A stretch of DNA of 64,000 nucleotides from Selaginella moellendorffii (lineage: Eukaryota; Plantae; Lycopodiophyta). Numbering within the stretch: position 1 is the first letter of the stretch; the number at the start of each line of letters is the position of its first letter. The notes under the pieces are model-generated. The model was not told where the DNA came from and made no database searches. It was given only the letters and a program-made list of their open reading frames with translations. Shown in pieces: positions 50,477 to 63,615 of the stretch. Position numbers and translations under genes: made by a program. The stretch covers positions 742,453 through 806,452 of the forward strand of contig NW_003314270.1 of assembly GCF_000143415.4 (NCBI RefSeq), given 5' to 3'.

Positions 50477-52591
50477 CTAAAGTAGCGCGTTTGATAGCAG
50501 CACATAGCCCGCGGCATTTTGGGGCTCGATTTCCAGGATTTGCTTGGCTGCATCGATCCCACGGCGTGGATCGCGCTGGAATCTATAGCCGGATAATAAA
50601 GATTCCCACGCGGCGGCGGTGCCGGCGGTGGGCATTCGTTGGATCATTTCCATCGCGGCTTTGAGCTGCCCTAATCGCCCCAGCGCCGAGACGATGCACG
50701 AATAGTGGTCTTGGGTTGGGACGATGCCATAGTCGATTTCCATGGAGGCCAAATAGGCGTAAATTTCGGCCACCTGGCCCAAATGCGCGCACGCCACGAA
50801 CACGCCCAGAAAAGTTACGTCGTTGGGGTGTACGGCATCCATGGCCATGGTCTGGAAGCTCTCAATGGCTGTAAGGCCGTACCCTAAATGGGCATACACT
50901 GTGACTAGCGCCGTACAAGAGACCACGTCTCTCTCTGGCATTGTGTCAAAGAGTTTTTTGGAAATGGGTATATGCCCGGCTTGGGCATATGCTGATACCA
51001 TTCGATTCCAGGAGACTAGATCTCGCTCTGGGAATCTTTCGAAAAGAGCTTTCGCGAGAACAAATTCAAAGTTGCCTAGAAAACCACACAAAAGAGCTGT
51101 GAAGGTTATTATGCTTTGGACGGGCATCTTAACAAAGATTCTTCTTGCGGCATCTAAATGCCCATGTTGGGTATATGCGATGATCATGGTAGTCCATGAA
51201 ATAACGTCCCACTCGGGCATTTGGTCAAATATTCGTTTCGATTCCTCCAAATTTCCGGACTTCGAGCTTGCCACAAGCATTGCATTCAAAGTTGCGAGAT
51301 TTTTCTCTCGCGATGCTTTAAACACCATAGCCGCATTTTCCAAATCACCATGGTCAGCATAAGCTTGAATCATGGTGTTCCAAGAGATTAAATTCCTCTC
51401 CGGCATTCTATCAAAAAATTCACGCGCCACCGTTGTATCACTCGCGCTCGCTTGAACGATCGCGTTCCAAGCGACCAAATCGTGGCCAGACATCGCTCTA
51501 AAGATTCCCCTAGCCTCTTCCACTCGTCCGTGCTGTCCGTACCCGTTAATCACGACCGTCCACGAGACCACATTGAGCGAAACCAACGGCCGATCCAGCA
51601 TCTCTCTCGCGAGGTCCATTTGCCCTGCTAGGGCATATGCTGTGATGAGAGAGTTCCATCCTACTGGATCTTTCTCGGGCGAACGATCGAGCAAAAGCTT
51701 TGCTCGATCGAAGCTCCCGTGCTGCGCGTAGCCTTGGATCAAGGTATTGATCGTCACTGCGTTGTGCTCTGGCATTCGATCGAAGAGATCCTGCGCCCCT
51801 TCCAGATGCCCATGAAGAACAAACGCCTGGAGCATCGCGTTCCAGGCGATGAGATCCTTCTCTTCAATCCCCAAGAACAAGCTCCAGGCCTTGCGGAGAT
51901 GCCCCAATCTGGCAATCGCGACGATCGCGCTCGTGATGAGCACGGTGTCGAGGAGTGGGATCCGGCGCAGCAGCTCCATGGCCGGATCCACGAGATCTCT
52001 CGCGAGGAAGGCCTCGATCATAGCAGCCCACGAGAAGAAATCCCGGTCGGGCATGCGATCGAAGAGATCCTTGGCTTCGATCACTCGCCCAGCGCGGGAG
52101 TAGGCCTCGATCATGGAATTCCACGACACGGTGTTGCGCTCCTCCATCCTGGCGAAGAGATCGATCGCGTCGCCCAGCTCCCCAGCCTCAGCGAGCGCCC
52201 GGAGCATCGAATTCCACGATTGAATCGTTCGGATCGTCGCGGGCATCCGCTGGAATGCCGCTCGCGCGAGATCCAGGCGCCCGTGCTGCGCGTAAGCGGC
52301 GATCATTGTGTTCCAGGAGAACACATTTGGGCGATCCAACGCCGCGAATGCGCGGGTCGCGCGATCCAAGCTCCCGCATCTGGCGAAGGCGCGGATCACC
52401 AGATTGGCGAGGAAGATGTTCCGGGAGTGCCCGCTGCTGTGGATCTCATCCTGGATCTCGCTGACCCTGGCGAGATCCCGGGATTTCTCGCAGGATCGCA
52501 GGAGGGTGGCATAGAACTGGACGTCTTCCATGGCTGGATAGATAGATAAGAACTTCTTGGAAGAACTTAGATCTTCCATTAGATCTTCCAT
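50477..52591 (-). CDS. PLS-class PPR protein ending within the E domain
   Basis: Intronless ORF with many FDRMPERxxxSWN repeats, HYSCIVSALGRLG and GYVLLSN*. The first in-frame ATG is at 52591-52589. Confidence 0.9.
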   Translation of the reverse strand: MEDLMEDLSSSKKFLSIYPAMEDVQFYATLLRSCEKSRDLARVSEIQDEIHSSGHSRNIFLANLVIRAFARCGSLDRATRAFAALDRPNVFSWNTMIAAYAQHGRLDLARAAFQRMPATIRTIQSWNSMLRALAEAGELGDAIDLFARMEERNTVSWNSMIEAYSRAGRVIEAKDLFDRMPDRDFFSWAAMIEAFLARDLVDPAMELLRRIPLLDTVLITSAIVAIARLGHLRKAWSLFLGIEEKDLIAWNAMLQAFVLHGHLEGAQDLFDRMPEHNAVTINTLIQGYAQHGSFDRAKLLLDRSPEKDPVGWNSLITAYALAGQMDLAREMLDRPLVSLNVVSWTVVINGYGQHGRVEEARGIFRAMSGHDLVAWNAIVQASASDTTVAREFFDRMPERNLISWNTMIQAYADHGDLENAAMVFKASREKNLATLNAMLVASSKSGNLEESKRIFDQMPEWDVISWTTMIIAYTQHGHLDAARRIFVKMPVQSIITFTALLCGFLGNFEFVLAKALFERFPERDLVSWNRMVSAYAQAGHIPISKKLFDTMPERDVVSCTALVTVYAHLGYGLTAIESFQTMAMDAVHPNDVTFLGVFVACAHLGQVAEIYAYLASMEIDYGIVPTQDHYSCIVSALGRLGQLKAAMEMIQRMPTAGTAAAWESLLSGYRFQRDPRRGIDAAKQILEIEPQNAAGYVLLSNALL

Positions 52592-54163
52592 TACTTGCGA
52601 CTTCCAGCATTGAGCCAAGCATCAATGGAGCTGGCGCGTCCAGAGAAGAACTCGTGAGACAACGCCTGGGACGCCGACAGCCGCGAGGCTGGATCGTAGA
52701 CCAAGAGCTTCTCGATCAAGCGCAGCGCCTCTCCGGACGCTCGCGGCAAAATCCTGGCCAGAGTCACTGGCGGGCGATCGTCGTTGAAGCAAATCTTGTC
52801 ATAGTCGGGGAGGCTGGAGATCCCGGGCCAGATCGTCTCGTTTGGGACACCGAGAACTCTCACCACCCTGCTCAGCTGATCTATGTCGGAGGCTCCCGGG
52901 AAGAGTGGCTCGCCTTGGATCAACTCGCCGAGGATGCAACCCACGGCCCAGAGATCCACCGCAAAGTTGTAGCTCGTCGAACCGTAGAGGAGCTCCGGAG
53001 CTTTGTACCACCTCGTCCCCACGCAGTCGGTCATCTCTCCGCGGAAGTCATCGTTTCCCACCTGTGAAGAACACCACCACATCTTAGAACTCTGAGAGAG
53101 AGAGAAAGAGAGAACTTAGAACTGAGAGAAGGAACTTAGAATTTAAAACCGAGAGAGAACTTAGAACTTAAAACCGAGAGAGAGAGAGAGAGAGAACTTA
53201 GAACTGAGTGAGAGAGAAAGAGAACTTAGAACTTCGGAGAGAGAGAGAGAGACTCTCTACCTTGTACCAATCGGAATCCTTGTTGGAAGTTTTCTCCCAC
53301 TCGCCATCGCTGTAGCGATCGTTCCTGTCTGATGATCTTCGAGCACCATCTTCTTCTTCCTCCGCATCGCTCACTCGAGGACTAACTTCGGTGCCGGAGT
53401 CTTCGATTTCCAGACGATCGTAGCTCTTGCTGCCTCGAATCTGTGCTGGAACCATCGTCTCCGGCTGCTGCTCTGACGATGTCGCGGCCGACTTGAGCTT
53501 GAAGCTCCCGCCCTGGAGCCATGCCTCGATCTCCTCACTGTCGAGTTTCTTGCCGCTGCCAAATCGATCGAACTCCGCTCCTCCCTTGAGCTTCTTCTTG
53601 CCGCTGGAAGAATCCTTCACCGCTTCCTCGACGTTCTCCACTGGCAGGACGAGCGCCGTGCCAAAGTCCGCCACCTTGAGCACGCCATCGCTGGAGATGA
53701 GAAGATTGGATGGCTTGAGATCCCTGTGCAAGATCCCAGCACTGTGGCACTCGGCCACGGCCTTGAGGATTTGCTCCATCCAGTTCCTGGCCTCGAATTC
53801 CTGGAAAGGGATCTCCTTGCGCTCCTCTATCACCTCCGCGAGAGAGCCCGGAAGAAATTCCAGCACCAGCAATACCCCGGGATGGAGCCAGACGTGATCC
53901 AAGAGCTGGACGACATGGCTGGAGTTTGTGAGGAGCTGGAGAGCGGCCAATTCGCGCGAGGAGCTCTTGCCGTCGTGGACTTCCTTGAGCGCGACGTGGA
54001 GGCCGTCGTCCCGGCGCTTGCCGTGGTAGACATCCGAGTAGGCGCCGGATCCAATGGGATCCAGCACCGCGTACCTGGCCAAGACCTCGCGATTCTCGTA
54101 GATGCTCCAGGAGCTCGCGAATCTGGCCGCGGCAGCGCCCTCCTCTTCCTCCTCACTCTCCAT
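52591..54163 (-). CDS. CDKF;1: Cyclin-dependent kinase F (CAK-activating kinase)
   Basis: SSWSIY...IGSGAYSDVY...VALKEV, HRDLKPSN, ADFG followed by the long CDKF-type insert, intron ~53064-53260, MTDCVGTRWYKAPELLYGS. Confidence 0.92.
53085..53255. repeat. Compound (GA)n / GAACTTA minisatellite inside the CDKF intron
   Basis: Repeated gagagaacttagaact units. Confidence 0.8.
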
Positions 54164-54254
54164 GAATCGATCGCTCCCTGGCGTCAGCCCTAATGTAGGT
54201 TCTAGGGCTTTAAACAAGAACAAAAGAATATACTTTAATATTCATAACTCTCAA

Positions 54255-54410
54255 GTTATAATCTATAAACACAAGATTAATTATTCCATGGTAGAATAAA
54301 CTAAAATATACTGAAGATTTTATAAATTATAAACATGTTTAAAATTTAATAATATATGAGATGGTAGAATATTTTAAAATATTCAAGCATATTTTAGGTA
54401 TATCCACTAG
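54255..54410. repeat. Short AT-rich dispersed repeat shared with ~32410-32645
   Basis: Shared tataaacacaagattaa and gatggtagaata, plus an exact 20-mer caagcatattttaggtatat at 32618 and 54384. Confidence 0.7.
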
Positions 54411-54893
54411 TTTTGCGTAAGAGATTCATTTTATTTATATATATAAATATATATTACATGTAGAATTCAGGACCTTGAGCTTATTGAGTTACTTCGAATA
54501 AACCTCCCACTCCCTGGTTCAACTTCCACTGAGTCAGAGACATGAGAAAGCATGCAATCGATTTGAGGGCTACAATCGTGAAGAGTCCACACTTTGCAAA
54601 TGCGAATGCTTTAAGGGTGGTGTACGAATTCTCAACGAGATATATTATATAGTCCCGAAATTAGTTATTTTCTTTGATCTTTTTCTGATGGCAAGTAAGA
54701 ACATTTTTGAGCTTCTGTGTTCTCTACGCAATTATGGGAATTACCAGTTTTCGTTTGGAAAAACGACAACTACACTCGTTTTAAACTAAGTACAATCAAA
54801 CCAAAATTTAGATGTTCACTGAAACAGATGCTGGAGTTCCTGAGTGAACCTGCTGAGGCCTGACCAACTTCTAAACCTTTTACTTAGTTTACC

Positions 54894-57886
54894 TTAGCAC
54901 CTCTCGAAAATTTTGTACAGATTTTCTAGACACGCGACCTGGCAGGGACGAACGCGCTTGAGCATCAGAATGGCGATGAGAATGGCGTACCTGGAGTGCA
55001 GTACCGTCAGTCGCCATCCTTACCGGTGGTTTTAGCAACAGCTTCATGGCTGGAAAGAGTACATGCTGAATCGTCCAGTCTCTCTGGGACCATTTGCTTT
55101 CTGCCTCCAAACCGACATCTTCGTCCATTTCGGTTTCATTACTTTCTGCGCAAACAGCTGTGACAAAACGATCGCAGAGGATAATAGTTTTCGTAGCTCT
55201 TACCCGGAGGATTGGTTGAAGGTCTCGGTAACAAGGGAGGATGAAGAGCGTAAAACTCCGAAAGCGCCCTTGCTACCGTTTCAAAGCACTCGTCCTCTAC
55301 ATCACAATCGACCTGCCAAAGTTTTGTTTCTTAAAAGTGCATAAGGTTCGCCTGTATCACGTACGCTTTTCGAAAGATGCAGAGCGAAAAGAGGGAGCCT
55401 GTCCATGTCCGGCGTATGCTGCTCCACGATCAAGGGAAGTGTGCAAACGTTTCCATTATCGTCAATGTCAATCGAGAAACACTCTCGCAAAAACTCAGCA
55501 CGCTTTAAAATCTGGTTACAGTAAACCTGCGCAACACACGTCAGTAGGACATTAAGTTACAGATATTGCAAATCACCTGAGCTATTCCATCCTTAGATCC
55601 ATCAGTAGCATGATAGTTCCCACACTGTTCCTCCTCGTCCAAAGCCATGACTATTAAGTCATACACTGGCGCAGGATTGGTGAGCCGGAGTGCATTTAGA
55701 CGTCTAAGCCGGACGAGTGCCTGTTGGTACATCAACTCTTTGCTGAAAGCATGCATTTCGTTTGTTAGCATTCGTCCCATTGAAAAAAAACCTATTACCT
55801 TAGAGTCAAGCAGTTCATAAGATAAAGCCTCGTCTTATGTTGGATCAACGCCAAGACATCGTCCGCCATTCCAATAAACGTAGAGTGCCTTACGATTTCG
55901 AGCAGGCCTGTCAATATCAAATGAAAAACCAGCAAATGTGGTATTCCGTATGTACCTGAATGTGTCTCTGTATCGACAGCGGCAAGCATACGTTCGACTG
56001 CAGACGAACCAGAAGATGAGCCAGAAGTATCGTTGGAGTGCCGTCGTTGCCTTACAATTCGCCTGTTTCATCACTAGTTGTCTATCAAAAGATCATAGGA
56101 CACGGAAGCCTTACCGCATGGCAGCTAAATCATTTTTAAGCTCCGCTCCACTGGCAAGGAAAGCATGCATTCGTCCGGCGGGGCTTTGCGAGTCCGTTCT
56201 CACAAGCTTATTAACAGGTGCCTTTTGAGAGCTTTTATCTGATAATTGTAAGAAAAGAGAAAGAAAGGAAAGACCAAGAACGTACTCTCTGCTTGACTCG
56301 CAGGCTGTCCTTGTGGCAGAAATGCCGCTTCAAGCGAAGTCTGGACGACAATACAACTCTAGTCACTTGCTTGTAAGACAAGAGTCGTACCTGAGCATAA
56401 AACGTCCGAGACTTGTTAGACTGCAAAAGTTCTTGTTCGACTGCTGTTTGGATTGCTTCTATAAGCGACTCTTGATTTAAAAAGCTCACCTGTTCAAATA
56501 AAAGATAATCAGTAGCTTCTTAGCGAGAAAAAACTTCTTAAACCTCTTTCTTTGTTGGATGAACATTGACATCAACATGCTCCGGAGGAAGGCGAATAGA
56601 CATGTAAATGTACGGTTTTGATGCCTTTGGTAGAACAGCCGCATACACAACTTCGATTGCCCTCTTCAGCGGAGCACAGTCCACCAAACGATCTGAAATG
56701 GAGCAGCTACAAAGTCAACAACTTGATATTCAATCAAGTCCATACCGTTTATAAACAGAATCATGGTTGTTCTCTTGGCACTGTAGTTTGCACTCGAAAT
56801 GTAACCGTTCATCTCAAAAAAGTCCGAGGAATCGTTCTTGGAGGTTTTGATTTCGATAAGTTCTCGAGAGGTCCCAGGTCCATAGACTGCTCGAATTGCT
56901 TCCAACGACGACGTGTTGCCAGGAGTTTGCACGTCTGCTCGTGCATCACCAAACTATGACAAACATGTGAATCGTTCGTCCCAAAAAACGACACTGAAAC
57001 GAACCTTCTTACACGAAAATCCGACTTTCGGATTTTGGATCGAGTATTTGCTGATCACGTCAACAACGCGAGCATACTCGTCACTTGGGTTCTTGAAAGA
57101 CTTTCTTCTAGCTGTGACATTGTAGAACAGATTTTCCACCTACAAAACACACAAAGTTGGAACAAGAAAAAAAGAAAGAAAGAAAAAACCCCTAGCAAAG
57201 CATACGAACCATTATTTGGGTTCCTTTCACAGCAGCGCAAGGCCGAGGATCGCCTTCCATCACTCCGTCCTTATACGAGGCTCTGAAATCCAAAAATCGA
57301 GAAATGTGAGCTTAAAGCTGCGTAAAGTTCACCTGTATCCATGAGTTTGGCCTTCAGTCATTGTAGTAACAGTGAGATGAGCTACGAAAGTCATACTCGC
57401 CAGAGCCTCCCCTCGGAAGCCCAGTGTGCTAACCTTTTGCAAATCCTCAAAGGCAGTGATTTTGGAGGTGGTGTGTCTCTCGCAGAGTATAGGAAGGTCT
57501 TCATACTGCAAGGAAACAGAAGAGGAAAATTCAATCGCAAACTTCGCTAAAACATCTCACATCTAGTCCAAATCGTCACAGCATTTCTTCAAGACTATGC
57601 TACACAAATCTCAAGCTACATTTTCTACCAGAAGGGAACTCTCGAAAATCTCTGGAATATCAAACAAACAACATACCCGGATCCCATGCCCATTGTCCGT
57701 GATCTGGATGAGCTTCAATCCCCCATCCTTGACGATGACCGAGACGACTGTGGCGCCGGCGTCCAGGCTATTCTCCAGGAGCTCCTTGAGAGCGGAAGCA
57801 GGGCGCTGGATCACCTCGCCCGCCGCGATCCTGTTGACGACGCTCTCCTCGAGCTTGCGGATTCTTGGCGGCAATGCCATATCCAT
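54894..57886 (-). CDS. MLH1: DNA mismatch repair protein MLH1
   Basis: [57 protein letters not shown]-terminal LYKIFERC*. Confidence 0.97.
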
Positions 57887-58620
57887 CCCTTAAGCCCTAG
57901 AAACACACTGAACGGGAGATAAAAAAGCATTGAATTGTGGCGGAGTAGAAATAACCATTAGTAAAAGGCAATTAAAACAAATAAAACTCATAGTAGAGAA
58001 GGATGGTACAATATTAAAATTGTAAGGTTTTAATACAAATTATAAATTTAATTTTATTACTATTTAAACTTTTATTTTATGTATGAAAGACATATTACAG
58101 ATAATTTATGTATTTTTATTATTTTGTTTTTAGTTTATGGGAATATTATATTTTCTGTGTAAAATATGAGAGAGTGTGTGATTGAATTTCTGCTCAGCTA
58201 TTTTTTTGAGGGTATTATAGTTAACATCTGATTTATGACGGGTGAAATTAATAAAAAAATTTAAAACTCATGTATTTTATAAGTATGTATTAACATACTA
58301 AGAGCTCTTTTAGTAATATATAAAAAAATATTTATTATTGTTTAATAAAAATCTGAATTTATTTTTTTAATTGATTTATAAATATGAATAAATATGCTAA
58401 ATTTCATGAGATTTTAGAATTACTTAAAAATTAAGCTACTTGCCTTTATAAATTTATTATTTAAATTATTTTGAATAAGATGATTTTTTAACATAAAAAG
58501 TATTATTTAATGATGATCTATATGACATATGTATTTTGGAGTATGATAAAAGTGGAAATCTATTTTGAGAAATTATTACAAAATAATTTTATCTTAGATA
58601 TTTCAATTTAAATATAATTT

Positions 58621-58795
58621 TGTGAGGGCCAAGTGTATAGCTATGATGCCGTATACTAATATTAGCGTAATGGGATTTTGGTAGCTATCGGATTGGTTTC
58701 AATCCGGACCACTTGCTCCTGTATATAAATTAGAGTTTTTGGGTTAATTGATATGCACATTTCTATATTCCCTTTCTATATTCCAAACACTCACA
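58621..58795 (+). repeat. 5' LTR (TG...CA)
   Basis: Ungapped match to 63441-63615. Confidence 0.95.
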
Positions 58796-58796
58796 T

Positions 58797-58816
58797 TGGT
58801 GGAGGTGAGGGGCATC
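58797..58816 (+). other. Primer-binding site, most like the 3' end of tRNA-Ala
   Basis: TGGTGGAGGTGAGGGGCATC directly after the 5' LTR; resembles the complement of ...CCCCGCATCTCCACCA. Confidence 0.65.
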
Positions 58817-61800
58817 TTTGATTGCCCCTGAAGAGTGCTTGGATTTGGGATTTTGGTTTAAATTTAACTTTTGCATTATTTAGATCTAGTTTTTTCCATT
58901 TCCTTTCTTTTATTCTTTCTTTTTAGGATTTTGGTTTAGATCTAGCTTTTTGCATTGTTTAGATCTACCATTTCCTTCTAGCTTTTTGTCATTTCTCTTC
59001 TTTTGCTCTTTCTTTTTCATTCGTCTTTATGGCAGATCAACAATCTCCTCCTTTGACTCTAGAGCAGTAGTTGGTACAATTGCTTGATGCTATGCGCTTG
59101 AAATTGAACAACCAAACTCAATTGATGGCGGCGTTCACGGCACGTGGTACAACTCCTCTTGCTCTTGGTGCCAATCCTCGCGTTCGGCCGGAGTTCTTTC
59201 GCGGGAATTCTGGGGATGATGTGTACCATTGGCTCGATCACTTCACGGTGATTGCCACATATCATTTTTGGGATGATGCTTGACGTTTGCATGAGTTTCC
59301 CATGTGTCTCCAAGGGACGGCATTGCAGTGGTATAACAGTTTGAGCACAACCACTCGTGGGGATTGGAGCGTTCTCCAGGACGTCTTCAAATGCACCTTC
59401 AGACATGCCGATGACTGTGATGACGCCTTCTAACAATTGCATCGTCTTCGCCAAGGGCCATTTGAGTTGGTGATGCAATTTGGCATTCGTTTCCAAAGTC
59501 TTTTGCTTCGTGCGGAGCCAAATATGTCGAAGCGGATCAAGCTAGGAATATTGTGGCTAGCACTTCGTCAAGATCTTGTCAGACTTGTGCATGCACTTGC
59601 TCCCGCCACCCTTGACGATGCTCTTCGCTTAGCACAATGTTATGAGACATTGCCTCTTCCACTTCTCACTGCACATCCTTCAGCTCCACTTCCTATAGGT
59701 GATGGTCCTGTTCTAATGGAGATTGATGCTGCTGCTACTCGAGTCCAAGGACAAGGGCGAGGACATGGTCGTGGCCGTAATGTTCGCTACTGGGCGTGTG
59801 ATGAAGTTGGTCATACTTATCGGCGTTGTCGGTGTTTTCCGGATTGGTGACCTCCATTTCCTGGGTGGAGACCTTGGCGTCAGCAACGTCCCATTGGTGC
59901 TGCTGCAGTGGACGGTTTGGACACCGAGATACATCCGGGAAATGAGGAGTTGCGCGAGTAACGGAGGGACCTTGCATGAATAAGTTAGTGACCCCTCCAT
60001 CTTTCTTTTAGAAGTATCATCAAGGGGTTCACTCGGCACCAGTTCATCCAGTGTTTACTTTCCAAGCTCATTTCTCCTATTATTTTCTCCGTGTTGGTTG
60101 ATACAAGTTTGAGTTTATCTTCTATTGCTCGACCTGTTGCCACACATTGCCGTTTACACTTGCGTCGTGCGGCAGAACTAATTTTCATTCTTTATGGCAA
60201 CGGCCGTACACATGCATGTGCATGGGATGAGGTGGACTTGGTTGTGCATATGGGCGATCTCAAGCTTGAGTTGCAGTCATTGCGGGTGGTGCTAAGTCAA
60301 GCTTTTGACCTCATTCTTGGTATGGATTGGTTGCAGCGCAATCATGCTAAATGTGATTTTAAAGCGTCTCCCCCTTGTCTCATACTTCCTTATGTTTCAT
60401 ACATTCCTCTCACTTCTGTACCTCTTTGTCCCTATATTTCTACCTCTGCTTCCATTATTTTTGTTTCCCCACTATTTCCTCCTATGTTTCCATCTTGTTC
60501 TGCTCTTCCCTTTTCCAATCCCTCCGACGATCTTTGTGTTGCAGCGGTGGACCAGCTCATGAAGGAGTATTCTGATCTTTTTGAATTTGACCTATCGTCT
60601 GGGGCCAAGATTGCCACACGTCATCCAATTCCAACCGGGGATGCTCATCCAATCAAGGTTCCTGTTCGTCGTCGGTCACCCAAGGAGATCAAGATTTTAC
60701 GTACAAATGTCAAGGAGATGTTGGAGAAGGGTGTTATTCGGAAGTCACGGAGTCCTTGGGTATGTGAACCTCATCTTATGATGAAGCCTGATAGGAGTAT
60801 TCGTTTCTGCATCGACTATCATCTATTAAACGAAGTAACAATCCTAGATGTGTACCCTCTTCCTCACACTACTGATCTCTTGGATCGTCTGGGGCGAAGT
60901 CGTTGGTTCACCAAACTAGATCTTGCTTCTGGGTACTGGCAAGTACCGATGGCCGAAGAAAATATTCTTAAGACTGCTTTCTGTACACCATTTGGTTTGT
61001 ATGAGTTCTTGGTGATGCCGTTTCGTTTGAATAATGCTCCAGCAACTTTCCAACAGATGATGGACAAGGTTCTTTGCGATATGCCGTAGGTGACTGTTGA
61101 CTTCATTGATGATGTCTTGATCCACTCGGAGGGGATGTGGGAGGAACACATTCGTAATGTTTGTAAAGTGTTGGATCGGCTACGCGACGTTGGTTTAAAG
61201 CTGAAGCGGACAAAGTGCGTGTTTGGGTTCAAGGATACAATTTGTCTTGGGTACCATATTTCTCGTGAGGGTTTGCAAGTTGATCCTGACAAACTTGTGG
61301 CTGTTCTAAAGTTCCCTACTCCGAAGTGTGTGAATGATGTGCAGCGCTTCTTTGGCAAGGTGCAATATCTCGGTCGTTTTGTGGATCATCTTTCTGATCG
61401 CACTGCACCGTTGTGAGCGTTGCTGAAGTCATCAACATCATCTTTCATCTAGTCTCCGGATTGTGAGCAGGCGTTCGGGGATCTCAAAGAGCTGTTGACG
61501 ACTCCTCCGGTTTTGGCATATCCTAACTACACTCGACTTTTTATTTTGCGCGTGGATGCTTCTGACATTGGTCTTGGAGGTGTGTTGATGCAAGAGAGCT
61601 CGAGTGTGCCTGGTCAGCGTCATCTCATTGCATATATAAGCCATACATTACAACCAACAGAAATGAACTACTCCACAACAGAGAAGGAGTGTTTAGTAGC
61701 AGTTTGGGGTTTTAAGAAACTTCATGCATATCTACATGGTTCTTGGACGTTACTTGAAGGTGATCATGCTACTATTATTTCATTATTGAAGCGGAAGAAC

Positions 61801-63425
61801 CTGGTTGGTTGTACTTCTCGATGGGCTTTGAAGCTTCAGATATATGATTTTGATGTTGTTCATCACCCAGGGAGTTCTTTGGCTGATGCTGATGCCCTTT
61901 TTCGAGCTCCTCTTCCTTCTCCATTCTCTTCTCATGTTTCTGATGAGCCTATTGTTCCAGCCTCTATGGATTTTCTAGATGAGGATTCTGTGCCGTCGGC
62001 GGTTATTATACTTGACGTTCAGTGTCCATAAGGCGTAGAGCAAGATCTACCTTCTCTTGATGAGGTTCGCGAGGCTCAAAAGATTGAGCCGTGGATTCGA
62101 CGGCTTTGAGATGGGTTGAGAATCCTGCATCACTTGCTGATGACTTGCCTTTCCGGCATTTACATTCTCAATATTGCCTTGAAGACAGCCTTCTTTATTT
62201 TATGAGGATGGATCCTGATAATCATTTACGACTGGTGGTGCCTTCTATCTTTATTCCATGGTTTCTCCATGCCTACCATGATTCTCTTGTTTTGGGTGGG
62301 CATATGGAACATTGTCGTGTAATTGAGAAGCTGCGCAGGTCTTTCTATTGGCCGAAGATGCGACGTGATATTATCCGGTATGTGCGTAACTACGTTTGGT
62401 GCCAAGCTTGTAATACTCCCCCTCAAGCTGTGGAAGGACAGTTGGAGTCAATTGCAGTTTCCCATCCGTTTGAGTTGGTAGTGTTTGATCTTATGGGACC
62501 TTTTCCACGGTCGACTGCTGGCAATGAGTATGTTATTGTTGCTTCTGACTACTTGACTCGTTGGGTGGAAGTTGGTGCTCTTGCTAGTGCCTCTACAACT
62601 GCTATTGGATACTTCCTCCTCAATCGAGTGGTGTTCCAACATTCTTGTTCAGAGTGGATTCTTTCGGATAATGGTCCCGCATTTATGGCTGAGGCATTTC
62701 ATGTTTTGACGTCTCGGCTGGGGATACGCCACACTTTCACGAGTGTTTATCATCCACAACCAGACGGTCTGGTGGAACGGCTTGTTCGGACATTCAAGGG
62801 GATGATTGCGAAGTATGTGAACTTTCAGCATTCGGATTGGGATGGTTATTTGCCGTCTCTTCGGTATGCATATGTTACAGGGGTGCAGAGTTCTATTGGT
62901 GCTTCACTATATAAACTCCTATATGGTCATGATCTAATATTACCAACGAAGATGGGTCTACCTTTGCAATTGCCACGAGCTGCGGATGCTAGGTCGTGGG
63001 ATTAGTATTTGACGAGCATTCTTCCACTTGTCCGAGCGGAGTCTACCGAATACTTAGGCAGCGTACAAGTGGGACAACAACGGTGGTACAACTCCCATCA
63101 TTGTCCACCTGCGGAGTACAAAGTGGATGATTTGGTGTTAGTCCATTTTCCCCATCTTACGGTACATGGTTTATCTAAGGGGCTCCTTACACAGTGGAAA
63201 GGACCATATCAGGTGTTATAGCAAGTTGGACCACAAGTTTATGAGGTTTGGCATGATGTTCAACAGGCCGATCCTCCAGAGATTGTGCGTGCAGCAGTTG
63301 AAACGCTTCATACAAAGGGATTAGGAATAGTTAATACCACCTACAGATCTGCCGATGCCTCCTCCTGACATTCCTCTAGATCCTGGCCCATCTACAAGAG
63401 AACTATGACAGTCTTCCATTATTCC

Positions 63426-63437
63426 GAGAGGAGGGGA
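63426..63437 (+). other. Polypurine tract
   Basis: GAGAGGAGGGGA 3 nt before the 3' LTR. Confidence 0.85.
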
Positions 63438-63440
63438 TGA

Positions 63441-63615
63441 TGTGAGGGCCAAGTGTATGGCTACAATGCCGTATACTAATATTAGCGTAGTGGGATTTTG
63501 GTAGCCGTTGGATTGGTTTCAATCCGGACCACTCACTCCTGTATATAAGCTAGGGTTTTTGGGCTAATTGATATACACATTTCTGTATTCCTTTTCCATA
63601 TTCCAAGCACTCATA
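63441..63615 (+). repeat. 3' LTR (terminal CA mutated to TA)
   Basis: Ungapped match to the 5' LTR. Confidence 0.95.

Larger units (their letters stand above)
58621..63615 (+). mobile_element. Full-length, inactivated Ty3/gypsy LTR retrotransposon (gag-PR-RT-RH-INT)
   Basis: Two 175-bp LTRs; 4-bp TSD ATTT (58617-58620 and 63616-63619); PBS and PPT; LVDT protease, LDLASGYWQ, FIDDVLI, DASDIGLG, integrase DLMGP/SDNG/VER, GPY; several in-frame stops. Confidence 0.95.

Noticed and set aside
53260-53660. Long insertion after DFG in the kinase
   Set aside because: A known feature of plant CDKF;1, so not novel.
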